This document shows positions 1 through 12,400 of a DNA stretch of 64,000 bases, piece after piece. The number at the start of each line of letters is the position of its first letter. Positions within the stretch are counted from its first letter, which is position 1. Source of the DNA: Camelus ferus. Lineage: Eukaryota. The DNA lies in NCBI RefSeq assembly GCF_009834535.1, contig NC_045729.1, forward strand, positions 16,368,001 to 16,432,000, given 5' to 3'. The notes beneath the pieces are model-generated. The model was not told the DNA's origin and did not search any database. It was given only the letters and a program-made list of their open reading frames with translations. A program made the translations under genes and the position numbers.

Positions 1-230
1 GTTGGGGGGCTCCCTGCATCTCATACCAAGCCACACAGATCGCATGGCCTCTGTCAGATTACTATGTCCAGGGAAGAGAAAAACTGGGGAGCGAGTCATG
101 CTGGCTCCACACTACACCTCCTTGGCCAGGAAATGCCACTTCATTTCTGCTTGGAGTCCATCGGCGGTAACTAGTCACGTGGTCCCAACCTTACTGCAAG
201 GGAGTTGAGACGCTGTAAACCCACACAAGG
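1..230. repeat. Possible MaLR/ERVL LTR fragment
   Basis: tagtcacgtggtcccaaccttactgcaagggag resembles an MLT1-type motif; weak. Confidence 0.35.
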
Positions 231-1339
231 ATACTGCGTGAACTCTGACCAGATCCTTTCTCCACCAGAATGGAAGGGAGGGAAAGGAAAAAGAGGGCAG
301 GAACTTCAGAGAAAGGGACGGAGTCTTAAGGTGGCAAGCCCTGCTGATAACAGAGGTCAAGGAGGCAGAGGAAAGGGAGAAGGAGACAGAGATACTGACA
401 TCGCTACAGAAGGAAAGAAAGGGCCAGGGAAAGCGGTACTGAGAGGAGAGGTTCACTAATGTGTTATGCTTATTTCTATACAGATGCTTCCATTCTGTTT
501 TATGATTATCTTTCCATGTCTCTCTTCCCCCAGATGCACAGCTCCCTGTGGGCAGGTCCTGTCTGTTACCCATCTTTGCCTCAAGGGATCAGCACAGAAG
601 CTGACTTAGTAAGCCCTCCTGGAATGCCCTTAATTATAAAGTATGAGGCCATAAATCTTAATTTCCTCCCACTCACCAGTTTACAAGTGGGGAAACATGC
701 TGGGCTAGAGCAGTAGGAAGAATGTAGGGAATGTAGCTGGTCACACCCCTGAGGGGGAAGGCAAACAGGCACCTGTTAGGTCAACAGAGACACAGCCTCT
801 TGCCATGGCCACCCTGCTCTTGGATATCAGAGGTGCCAGAAGGGGCAAATGTGTTACCTAATTGTATAAAACAAAAGGAAACTGACTTTCTCTATTTTTA
901 AACAGAGTCCAGGTGACTGGATGCTTTTACAGATATATTTTACTTATTCAGCCAATCAGAGACTTTAAGGGTCTTAAATAACATCTAGCCAAACACTTCA
1001 ACTAGACAAAACCTAGTAAAATTGAAGGTGTGCCCACCTTACAACTCATAACTCCCTTCCTGGTCACAGCCCTAGAAGGGCGTTTTCTACACTGAGAATC
1101 ATGAACTAGTAAGTAGTGATATCAAGTTAGTGGATCTGGATCAGCAATTTCTTAAATGAATTAGAATAGAAATGATCAGAAAACACACATAGTTCAGTAG
1201 TGTGGAGTGTGGTATTTGGTGTGAGTGGTATACGTATTTGTTGCGTAGTGTATGAACATGTGTGTATTCAGGATAGCAATGTGTTTCCTACAGTAGATCC
1301 CAGTTAGTTAAAAAAAAAAAAAAGAAAGAAAGAAAAGGA

Positions 1340-1870
1340 AAACAGTTTGGAGTCACAGCCCTAGAGAAAATTTCACTGTTGCTTACAGGAGAATGACCAC
1401 AGCAGCAATGTTTGTAATAGAAAAAAATACATAAATAGGAAATGATCCAAGTATTCCTCAACATGACCATGAAAAATTGTGGTATAATCATGCAGTGCAA
1501 TGTTACATCACAGTTAAAACAACTACATTAGAGCTACCTGTAAAAACATGAATACATCTCAGTAAGGATATTGAGCAAACAAGTTGCAAAATGAAACTTT
1601 CACTGTAATACCATAAATAGAAAATTTAAAAGCATGCAAAACTATGTTTTAATTGTTTCTGGATATATGCAGTGTGTAAAGTATAAAAATAGCCACGGGG
1701 TTGCTAAGTACCACAGTCAGCAAGGTGGCAACTTTGGGAAGGAGGGAAATGCCAGGAGGAAGGGATATACCAGGCTCCTCAGCTGTACATGTGATGTTTC
1801 TCAATCTGGGGTAAGTTATATTATTATTCTTGACTTTTCTGAATTTTTCTTAAATTTTGCTTCCCCAAAA
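1340..1870 (+). mobile_element. Degraded L1M 3' fragment
   Basis: L1ME-like phrases (aaattgtggtataatcatgcagtg); heavily diverged. Confidence 0.5.
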
Positions 1871-1910
1871 GGGGTACAAAAGTGAAGTTTAACAGACTTG
1901 GAGTTTTTCG

Positions 1911-2032
1911 TTTTGTTTTGGTGGGGGGAGGTAATTAGGTTTATTTATCTATTTTTAACGCAGGTATTGGGGATTGAACTCAGGACCCCATGGATGCTAA
2001 GCAGGCACCCTACCACTGAACTTACTCTCCCA
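1911..2032 (-). mobile_element. tRNA-derived SINE (camelid type)
   Basis: Reverse complement of cagtggtagg...ggtcctgagttcaatccccaatacc plus a taaacctaattacc tail. Confidence 0.8.
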
Positions 2033-2858
2033 CCCAGACTTAGGTTTTAATTGTCTCTGCCACTTACTGGGAAAGGAACTTAGTGAATTCCTTAATTTCT
2101 CAAAGCCTCTGTGTCAGTAAGAGAAAATAAAGTATTGTTTTTATAATCAATTAACTGAAATAATATGGATATAAGTGCTGTATAAAGTGTGAAGTGCTAT
2201 ACAAGTATAAATTATAATTGTACAAAAATGCTCCATAAATTGCAGTTATTACTGGAAACTTAGTGGTCCTTTGTTTACATACTCTCATGGAACCTTGTTC
2301 CTTTCCTTCAGAGCACTTCCCTTCGCTTGCAATTACACCTTCATTAACGCTTTATATGACTATGCATCATCCCCACTCCATAGCTTTGGGCTCTGAGTCC
2401 AGCACAGGCCCTGGCAAGTGCTACGTGCTCAACACATCTTTGTTAGTGTAATCAGAACGGTTACCTGTAGGAAGTAAGAATGGAAAGCAAGGTGGGAAGA
2501 AAGGACTTTTATTTTGTCTTCAATTTCTAATCCTCTTTGTACTTTCACCTTGAACCTGTATTACTTAGTGACAAACTAGTTTAATTTTTTATGAAAACAG
2601 TAAGAATTAAAGCGGCGTGTCTTCATTTCATTGCCTCTCAGGGGAAGGTAACGTTTTCATGTAGGACGATGCATGAAATAAAAGGAGCAGGCAAAGAGGG
2701 CTGGGGGCTCTGGGCGCTGGACTCTCCCCACCCTTTGGGAGGAAGGCGGCGTGTCTAACGGTTTAAGAACTGCCGGAGGCGCCGTTGGGGGGCGCCCGCG
2801 AGGCCGCACTGGAATTCCCGCCCTCCAGTTACATGCCCCAGTAACCCCGGCGCGCCGG

Positions 2859-2874
2859 CGACCGAGAGTAACCT
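2859..2874 (-). promoter_or_regulatory. DR4 LXR response element
   Basis: Minus strand AGGTTActctCGGTCG, a DR4 of LXRE type; LPCAT3 is an established LXR target. Confidence 0.75.
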
Positions 2875-3326
2875 CGGGTCGGGCGGCCGCCCCCCCGCCC
2901 CGACTCTCGCCTGCTCCGTCTCAGCCAATGGGGAGGCAGCGCACCAGCCGGCCGGACACTCCTCCCCTGAGCTATTAGAACTGAGTTGTACAGTCACCTC
3001 GCCGCCGGCTGCGGACTTTTCCAATCGCAGGTCTAGTTCCCGATTCCAGGCCCCGCCCCCGGCCTGCCCCGCACTCACTCTCGGCCCCAGTCACCTTTGC
3101 TTTACAAACGTTCAGCCCCGCCCCCTGCCTACCTTGCTGCGTGAGGCCCCGCCTCCTGACCCGGCCGACCAATGATCGGCTGGGCCTGGAGCCGCTGGGC
3201 GGGCCCGCAGCCAATGCGCACGCCGTGGGCGGGCTCCTGGCCGGAATTGGGGGTGAAGCTCCAGCGTTGTGCCCACATTCGGGGCGCGCGGAGCTCAGGG
3301 GTCCCTGGGGGGCGCCCGCAGCTAAG

Positions 3327-3477
3327 ATGGCGTCCGCAGCCGAGGGGGACGTGGGAGCCGAGGCGGAGCTGGCAGGGGTGCTGCGGTGGGGCTTCCCGGA
3401 GCTGAGCCTTAACAAGTTGTCGACATCCCTAGGCGCGTCAGAACAGGCGCTGCGGCTCATCATCTCCATCTTTCTAG
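3327..3477 (+). CDS. LPCAT3: LPCAT3 coding exon 1
   Basis: aagATGG; [10 protein letters not shown]...[10 protein letters not shown]; donor AG|gtaagg. Confidence 0.96.
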
Positions 3478-6400
3478 GTAAGGACCCCCTGCGGAGTCCC
3501 GGGGGACGGGGACGTGACCTCCCCCTCTTCGCGGGGCCACCGTGAGGGCTTTGCGGGGTGTGGACCAGAATCCGAGAACACACCAGCCAGCTGTCGAGAG
3601 GAGGGCCAGTCTAGTCTCGGGTCTGGGGGCGCTTGTGCCCTCTGAACCTCTTCACCTCTTCACCTTTCTTTTTGACCCCTGCTGTACCCTTCGGGCCCCT
3701 CATTCGGCGCCACCGCCCTCTCATCTTGCCGTGCTGTACCCTGTGTCCCCACGACCTGTCCTTATTTGTCTCTCTCTTGAGTTCGACTCTCTGTCCATGT
3801 GTACTGCTGTCTGTTAATATCAGCCCTCAGACACGCGCGCTTCTTATTGGCAGGCACAGGCCCCCTAACTTAGATATTTCAGTCCTGTGGGCTCCCTCAG
3901 CCCCCATACTCCATTCTAACTAATTCTGAGTCTCTGTTTTGTGCATCGTCTGCTTATATTACACTTTGATCTCTGTCCCATTTCTAATATTTTCTTCTTG
4001 TACCATATTGCTTTTTTTCCCTTAACCACCTGTCATTTATCCTGGAATATCGTTTTAATACTGGGCTTGGGAAACAGAACTTGCAACTCCTTAAAAGCGA
4101 TCCATGCTACCCCAAGCGTCTATTACTCACATGGTTCAAAGGATGTGGTGTAACTGAGTTTATGTCATAACAACAGACTGTATTATATCTGGTTTATGGG
4201 CTTTTTTTTTTTTTTTTACTGCATCCTTCCTCCGTGGGTTTTTTTTAAATTAATTATTTTTTAAATTTTTTAACCAGTCATTTTTTGGGGGGGGAGGGAG
4301 GTAATTAGGTTTTTATTTAATTAATTTATTTTAATGGAGGGACTGGGGATTGAACCCAGGACCTCATGTATGCTAAGCCCTTGCTCTATCACTGAGCTAT
4401 ACCCTCCCCCTTTCCTCCATGGTTTTTAATACACGGAAGCATCATGGCACAATGAAGAAAAAAAAGTGTGGACTTGGAACGTGAGCAAATCAGACCCAGC
4501 CCTGCTGCTGCCTACAAACTGTGAGACCCTGGATGAACCAGTTAAGCTCTCTGGGCCTCAATTTTCTTGTTTATGAAATGAAAACAGTAATGCCTACCTG
4601 ATAGGACTGCTGTAAAGTCTTAAAGGAATTCAAAGGTCAAGAGCTGATATATAAATATTTGAGTAGGTGGAAGGTTTTATGAAGGTTATGGGACTTCCAG
4701 CTAGGAAATTAGGGGTGCGGAAGAATTAAGCCAACAGGGTGGGACGGTGCAGGGAGCGCTGCCATTAGCAGATCTGAACCACAGGAAATTTAAGATAAAG
4801 TTGGGCAGATGTGGAAAGCCTTAAATGCCAAAAAGAAAATTTGGAATTTATCCAACATCAGTAGAGACACTGACATGTAATATCACCTAAGGGTGTTTAC
4901 CAGATCTAGATAATGAGAGAGACATGAATTCATATTTAAACAGCCTTGGATAATATTGTCATTTACAGTGCTACACATCAAACCAAGATAATCTTCCTTT
5001 TTCCGATACAGGTCACCTTTTCCCTCCCTTGTAAAACTGTAAAATTTTAGAGGTGGATGGGACCTTAGATTGTGTGATTTGCTTAGTGTCACCTAGAGCT
5101 AACCCACATTTATCAGTCCCTCAATCTAGAGTTCTTTGCATCACACCAACTTTGAACTTCCTACTTCCTCACCCTTGTTTCTGACCCAGTTATTTGTTGG
5201 AACTGCAATTGGCAGTTAAGAGTGTTTACATTTCGTTCATTAGAAAGCTCGCTGTTGATTTCTCAGCTATAAATTGAGAATGTAACACAAGTAGTAACAG
5301 ATTATAAAGGGCAACCTGTTAAGTGGAGCTAGGGCTGGAATTAGGACTGGGAGCCTGTCCTTTTAGTGCTGGCATAATCAAATCCAGCCTGTGTGCTCCT
5401 GGTGGACTACAGCGCTGTTACTACGGGGCATACAGTTGTCTAGGAAATTGTTTTCTCCATCTCCTACCCCTCTGCCCTCATCCTCTCATTACCACCAATC
5501 ATCACAGTCGTAAACATGGGTGTAATGAATGCATCTACTACACTTCTGAGCCCCCTTGCCCCTTCTACCATTCCCCGTGTCCTCCCTAACTCACACGTGC
5601 CGTTGCCTTCAGTGACTCATATCTCTTTTTTAGATCTACTTGGGGTTCATGTTGCCTCCAGTCAGGCATAGGTCTTCCATGTGAATATATAGGGTTGTAT
5701 TTGATAGATTTAGGTTAAATATATGCATACAAACATAAATTGATATGCTTGACAAGAGCATGGAAGGAATGGTGCTTGTAAATATATCACTCTTACAAAG
5801 GTATTAACACTTCTGTGTGTTGTAACCTAGAAACCGGTAGCCTTTAGGCAGTGGAGTTTCTGGTTCCTGGACCGCTCTCTTGGGGAACTTAAAGTCCTTG
5901 CTCGAAGTACCAAGAAGTCCAAAATGATTTCTGACTCACTTTCTACGAACGGGATTAATTGGGGTTAAAGCAGATACCCTGAGGGAAGAGTGAGGAATAT
6001 CAGACATTCATATTTTAAAGGGATAATCTCATTACTGTTTTAGTTAGATAGTCTCATTACTATTTCCTTAGCATCTTGCTTTCCTTGAGTTCTGCATGCT
6101 GACCTTGGGGTGGGCTCCCCAGCATCAGCCTTCAAACCTTTTTAACTAGGGACCCATGGTAAGAAATGGGTTTTACATCATGGCCCGGTATACACATAGA
6201 TGTATAATGGATTTGAAAGTGTTAGGAACTTGACTACAGGCAGTGTGTTTAGTTATTTTCCATTTTATTTGTTAGTATTATTTACAACCCTCTAAATTGA
6301 TTTCATGTTCCATTAATGAGTTACGACAAGTAGTTTGAAAAATCCTGAGTTAGAGGCTGTAATTTTTAGTATTCAGTACTTCAAGGAAAGGGTAAGCTTA

Positions 6401-9400
6401 TGAGGACTGCTGCATTGGAGTATTTTGAAGAGGCAGAGGACTCTGTTCAAGGTGTTTGTGTACAGTTGCCAGGGGTTTGTGGAAGATAAATTTTGCTGTG
6501 AGCTCTGGTGCTGGCAGGCGCTACTGGAAAGCCTCTCCCCTTCAACAACTTGCGTCTCGTTGCTCCCTAACATAATTGGTAACGTGAATTGTTCCAAATA
6601 AATGCAGTGAAATGTACCTACTGTAGGTGAGGCACTGTGCTTGACCCTGGAAGCGCAGAGGCCATGGTGCGGTATGAGTAATGGGGCCAGGCACTCGAAA
6701 GTATTATGTACAGTCTGTTAGTGGGCAGGGGATGGTGAGCTAAGGACCCTCATGACCACAATAACAGGCAGAAATCTAAGTGTCGTTAGAGAGTCCCAAA
6801 GCTTTATGAGGTTTAAAGATTGGACCTTTAATGAACTCTGAAAGCCGAATAAGGTTTCTGCAGACAGAGGCAGTGAGACAGGAGTAGCATGAGCAGAGGC
6901 GCCGAGGCGGGACATGTGGTGACATGCTCCAGGAACAGGAAGTGGTCCGCTTGGAGTTCATGTTGCTGCAGGTAGACAGAAAGACTGGAAAAGTGCATTG
7001 TGGAGCCTTGAAAGCCAAGGCAAAGAATGTGTGCTTAGCTCAGTAGCTGATAGGGAAGTTGCAGGGACTGGCACTGGCCTGGGAGATAACACAGCGCAGG
7101 GTGATTAGACAGAGACACAGTCGGGAGGGAGGGAAACTAACAAGCGGAGCTATGATCTGCATCATGACTTGGGTGGCGGCCCTGAGAGAGGCATAGGGAT
7201 CCCACGCGAGACGCTTTTGAAATTCCGTGGACACTTTCAGCTGCACAGCAGCTGGGCATCTCCCTCTCACTCTCTCCCCTCACCCCCGTCTCCAAGTCCT
7301 ATCAGTACCACCTCCAAATTGTGCCTCCAATACATCCATCACTTCTCCATCACCGCCGCCACTTGCCATCTGTCACCAGAACCGCCCAAGTGGCCTCCAC
7401 ACAGTGTCTGATTTCCTCCTGCCCCTCCAGTCTGTTCTCCAAGAGCAGCCCGGGTGGTCCACCCTGTGTGGCTCCTGCTCAGACACCTCAGGGGCTTCCA
7501 TCCACCGCTGGGGAACCCCTGCCTGCTGCTCCAGCCTCGTCTCAAGCAAGCTTCCAGCCTTGTAGCCACATGGCCTTCTCTCAGTTCCTCAAAAGAGGCA
7601 GCAAGCCCTTTCCTGCCTCGAGCCTTTGTACCTGCTGGCCCCACTGCCGACATCTGTCTTCACTCATTCCCCACCTGGCAGATCCCTTTCCATTTTCAGG
7701 TCTCGGTTCAAATTGTCACTGCCTCCGAGAGTTCTTTCCTGACTCTCGCTTGAAATTACGTCCCCTGTTGTACTTTCTCAAACTGACTGAAGTTTCCTTC
7801 CAAGTTCGTATGCCAACATGTAACTATATATTTGTAGATGGGGGCAGAAATCATTAAGTTTTGTCCACCACAGTATACCCAGAGTTTAACACAGTACCTA
7901 GCTTATGGAAAAGTTCCTGTAAATATTTGTTAAGTAAGCGAAAGTATGAATGAATGACTTGGCAACTGATCACATGGAGGATAAAGAATGGCTTTAAAGA
8001 AAAAATTCAGTCCTGCTGCCTGGGTTGCTGGAAAGATGACTGTATCTTTCAGAGATGCCGAGAGGTCAAAAGGATGGTCAGATGTTCGGTGCCAGGTGAT
8101 GATCTAGTTTTGGACTTGCTTTAGGTTCCAAGGGCATGTCCAGGTGTCCTGAGAGTTGTGAAGCCTAGTCTTGAGCTCAGGAGAGAAGTTGGACTAATAA
8201 CAGTTTTAGGAGTCAATTTTGGCATCATAATTGAGTGAGGAGGGGGATGAAATGCCATGGAGAAGCTAACACAGAGAATACAGTGATGCTGCTTCCCCTT
8301 GCTGATAATGACAGTAGCTGGCATTTATTAAGTGCTCAACAATACCCCACCCAAGCCTGCCAACTACCCCTAAGATATTTACGGTACTGTTATCATCGCC
8401 CCTGTACTGATAGGAAACTGGAGCCTCCACTAATAATAACCTACCTAAGGTCACACCCATTCCTACCCAACTCTTGAGTTCCTGCTCTTTACCACACTGG
8501 CACTGGGAGGAGCGTGCGGGGGTGGAAGAGAGAAATGCCCTTGGTATTCTTTGCTCTTTTCATTCTCCATGATTAAGCCAAGATGAAATCAGTGCATGAG
8601 ATACCGCTCAGTGTCCAAAGCTGTTGCCGGCCAAGTGGAGCAGATGGCCATCCTGCCTCGTGTGAGCGTTCTCTTCCACTCTTGGCCACGACTGTGGCTT
8701 GGCTGTTAGACTCATCAAAAATTGCACTTGGGGATGAGGATCCATTCCTCAGAGGTTCAGAATTAGCATCACTGAGGTTAGCAACCTTTAAAATCAAAAG
8801 GAGGACTTGCAGTTTGGTTCCCTTTGGACCAAAGGCAGGTCTGGCCCTTCAGAACTAAATCCATCATTCACCACACAAAGCTTTCTTCAGGTAGCAAAGT
8901 AAAGAGACCAGTGCTAAGCTCGATGGGGATTAAGCAGCATTAACTAAACAAAGGGGACTTCTGACCGTAATGCAAAGCAGGGTCCAAAAATCCTACAACT
9001 ATAAAACAAGTGGGTTGTCCTAAGTGACTTTCAAGGCCTCCTCCGATCCTAAAAGACTAGGTTTAAAGTCTACATTTTAGACTTTATCTTTATTCTAATT
9101 CATAGAATTCATAGACAGGTTTCATCATGACCTGAAGATTCTAGTTTGGGGATTTCTTTTAACTATATTTTTCCAACTACTTTTTATCTGCACTCCCAAT
9201 ATCTTATGTTGCACAAAACTTCACGTTCTGAATGCCGGCATCACTTAAATATCAAATAGAAGCATTTCTTTGCAGAGGCATGTGTAAATGAGGGCCCATG
9301 AGATCATATACACAAGCTAATTTAACAAAAACCATTACACACCCACTGACATTGTCTGTCTGGGCACCCACTGGAGGTGTTCCGTCCAGCAGCCTTTTAA

Positions 9401-12400
9401 AAATGGGATGTGGTCTTCCAAAAGGAAATGGCATATCTGCTGGACCTTAAAGGGCATGGAGGAGTCTAGGCAGGTGGAGAGGAAAAGGGGAGCGTTCCAG
9501 CGGCAAAGAATGATGAGCATGTATGTGGAGGTCAGGAGAAGTGAGAACAATCTGGCCACAACGGTAGAGGCTCCATGAAGGAAAAGCAGAGAAGAACCTG
9601 ACAGAACTGTGGCGGGCGGGGTGTGGCGGAGTAAGCTGGTAGGTTGTGCGTTACTTCTAGGGACCTGCCGGCCTGGGCAAGTCTCTAAAATTAATGACAG
9701 TTAAATATGTACTGGCTCTTTCACCATAGACCAACTACTAAATTTCAGCCGTCCTTCCCCTCGTGTCCCCAAGGGCCAATTTTACTGAAGTATTGCGGTT
9801 GAGTTAAGCAGTGTATCGTAATAAATAATTTTTAAGTTCTATTTAATTCACAGCAAGCCAAAGTATTTCGAAACAGAATGCAAAAGTTACCTGAATTTTT
9901 TTTTTAAATAATACAGCCATCAAAGAACTTTCCTATTAATGAGGAAGTGCCTCGCCAGGGCCCCGTCCAGGTGTGTCCCCTCCGCTCTGCTCTGGAAATG
10001 CCCGAGGAGCCTTGCTCCCTGCGAAGCTGGGGGCTCTAACTGAAACGAGCTGTGTAGAACGGTTGGCCAAGCCTGACGCAAGGTAGTTGTAAATAATTGT
10101 TCCCTCCCTTCCTTCAGTAGATATCCATCTCCTTCCCCTGCAGGGAGACTCCAGGTGTGGTCTGGACCAGCAGCATCAGCATCTCCGGGGAGCTTGTTAC
10201 AAGTGCAGATTCTCAGGTCCACCCCAGACCAGCTGAAGGAGACCCTCTGAGGAGGGGGCCCAGTGATCTGTATTTTAACAAGCCCGCAGATTGTACCGAT
10301 TAGCCTGACATTTGAGATTCACAGGTTTCGTGTGTGGCTTCAAGTACCTGTTTTGCAATACGTGATGTCCCGATAGTCCCTTAAACTTGTCGAAGTGTCA
10401 TTGTATCCTCTGATCTTTGGAGCACACAAAATGCTCTCAGATTCTTGATGGCTTAGTTTATCCCATTTGCTAACATCTCTTGTTGTTCTGCATATGTTAT
10501 TACTGCTGAGTCATATGATGAATATCATTATGATAATGACAATATTATATCATCATCTTTGTTATTATAACTCATCATTACCTACACCATCTGTTGTGAC
10601 TTGTAGCTTTAACAAAAATTAAGAGCCCTCATTGCAGCTGCTGGGGGGAGCTGTTCCAAGCAAAGTGTCCTTATCAAGCAGAGAGCTGTAAGGTAGGGGT
10701 CTGTGCATGTGTGCTGGACATTTTCCCAGCAGTTGCCGGGTCAAGGGCAAGGAGATTTAGGACCCACTTGGAGATCTCTTGGGGAAGCAATTACCGCTTC
10801 CTAGAGACTTTAAAGCCTCTCTACAGTTTGTGTAGCCCAAAAGATGTTGTCCGCATCTGTATTTCTCCCTATTTTAAAAACGAGAAGGGGCAAGGGGGCG
10901 AGTAAGACCCTAAAAATAAGGTTAAGTAATTTCTGGATAAAAATTTCCTTTTGGCTTTAAAATGGACTGATTTTTAAATCTAAGTTCTTCCCTATTCAAG
11001 CAGTGGCTCTGAAGATAAGTGAGATTCATGAAACTCTGGACACCTTGAATGAAGGCTTCTACCTGAGAACCATGTTTACCATAGTTGTTAGTAATAGAGG
11101 CTTCTGATGGAAATGTCACTGCATTTGAATTATAGGGACAGTTTGTCAGAAAGCGGGTAGAAAGAAGTTCAGGCCAGAATGATCAGACCCAGGTTCTGTT
11201 CTTGACTCACATGAAGTCATCGAGTAGACTGTTTCAATGCCCCCACGCTAACCGCAGGCTAGTACCAAGTATTCGTGTTGCTAAGGTATTTACATAAGAA
11301 AAGTGTACATGGTCATACCTGTTACATAAGATTATAGATGGTGAGATAGTAATTTTGCAGGCAATTTAAGAAAAATTAAAGGACTCGTGCACACATCGTA
11401 TGCACATCTGAGGAGGACATGAGATCCCAGGGGGTTAAGGCTCTGATCGCTGTATATTTATATATGCTCTAGTGAGACGTGGCGTCCATGCAGACGTGTT
11501 GAATGGCTTATAGCTCTTGAGGTTTCCAGTTTCTGCTGTGATAGCAATTCTAAACTCAGATGGACTTGGACACCACTCCAGATTGCTGTCCATAAATATA
11601 CAACTAAAGTTCACAAGCCAGCAAGCAGAGGCCAAACTGGAACTGTGCCCTTTAAGGCCCCTATGGGTGGTGTATGCCTCAGACAAAAGTGGGAAAGACT
11701 GATTACAGTTGGACTACAATATGCAAGGCCCTGACTAAAAACATGGAACCATAAGGGCTACTAGAAATCCCCATTCCTTAGTTAAATGATAATGTGACTC
11801 CACTTTTTAATTCTTTAGTTCTTCTGAAAGAGTAGGAAACAAAAGCAAAAACATGAGAACTCCTATATAGCGTGCATTTACATTATTTATACCGAGAGCC
11901 AAACAGAGTAATTATGGGAACCCAGTCATCGTCTCACCAGAAGCTCCAAATTTCTTCTAATCTTACCCTCTTGTTTTATATTTTAAAGTATGTTTATTTT
12001 TATTACATTCTAAAATACATAATTTTTAATATTTTTGAAAAGTCTTCCCAGACTTTCAAGGAATATTGAGATGCTGATATAGAAAGATCATTTCCAGCGT
12101 GAATNNNNNNNNNNNNNNNNNNNNNNNNNNNNNNNNNNNNNNNNNNNNNNNNNNNNNNNNNNNNNNNNNNNNNNNNNNNNNNNNNNNNNNNNNNNNNNNN
12201 NNNNNNNNNNNNNNNNNNNNNNNNNNNNNNNNNNNNNNNNNNNNNNNNACTCAATGATAAAAAAATAATAATAACCCAGTTTTTTAAAATGGGCAAAGGA
12301 TAATGAATAGACATTTGTCTAAAGGAGATACACAAATGGCCAATAAGCACATGGAAGGATGCTCAACATCATTAGTCATTAGGGAAATGCAAATCAAGAC

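Larger units (their letters stand above)
2750..3620. promoter_or_regulatory. LPCAT3 CpG-island promoter
   Basis: GC/CpG-rich; GC boxes; four CCAAT boxes (near 2924, 3021, 3169, 3212); no TATA box seen. Confidence 0.8.

Noticed and set aside
2975-3583. 202-aa antisense ORF over LPCAT3 exon 1
   Set aside because: CpG-island composition, GTG start, no family resemblance.
10515-10556. AT-rich nested inverted repeat (atgatg...tcattat g ataatga...catcat)
   Set aside because: Explained by (ATG)n/(CAT)n low complexity; no TIR/TSD structure.
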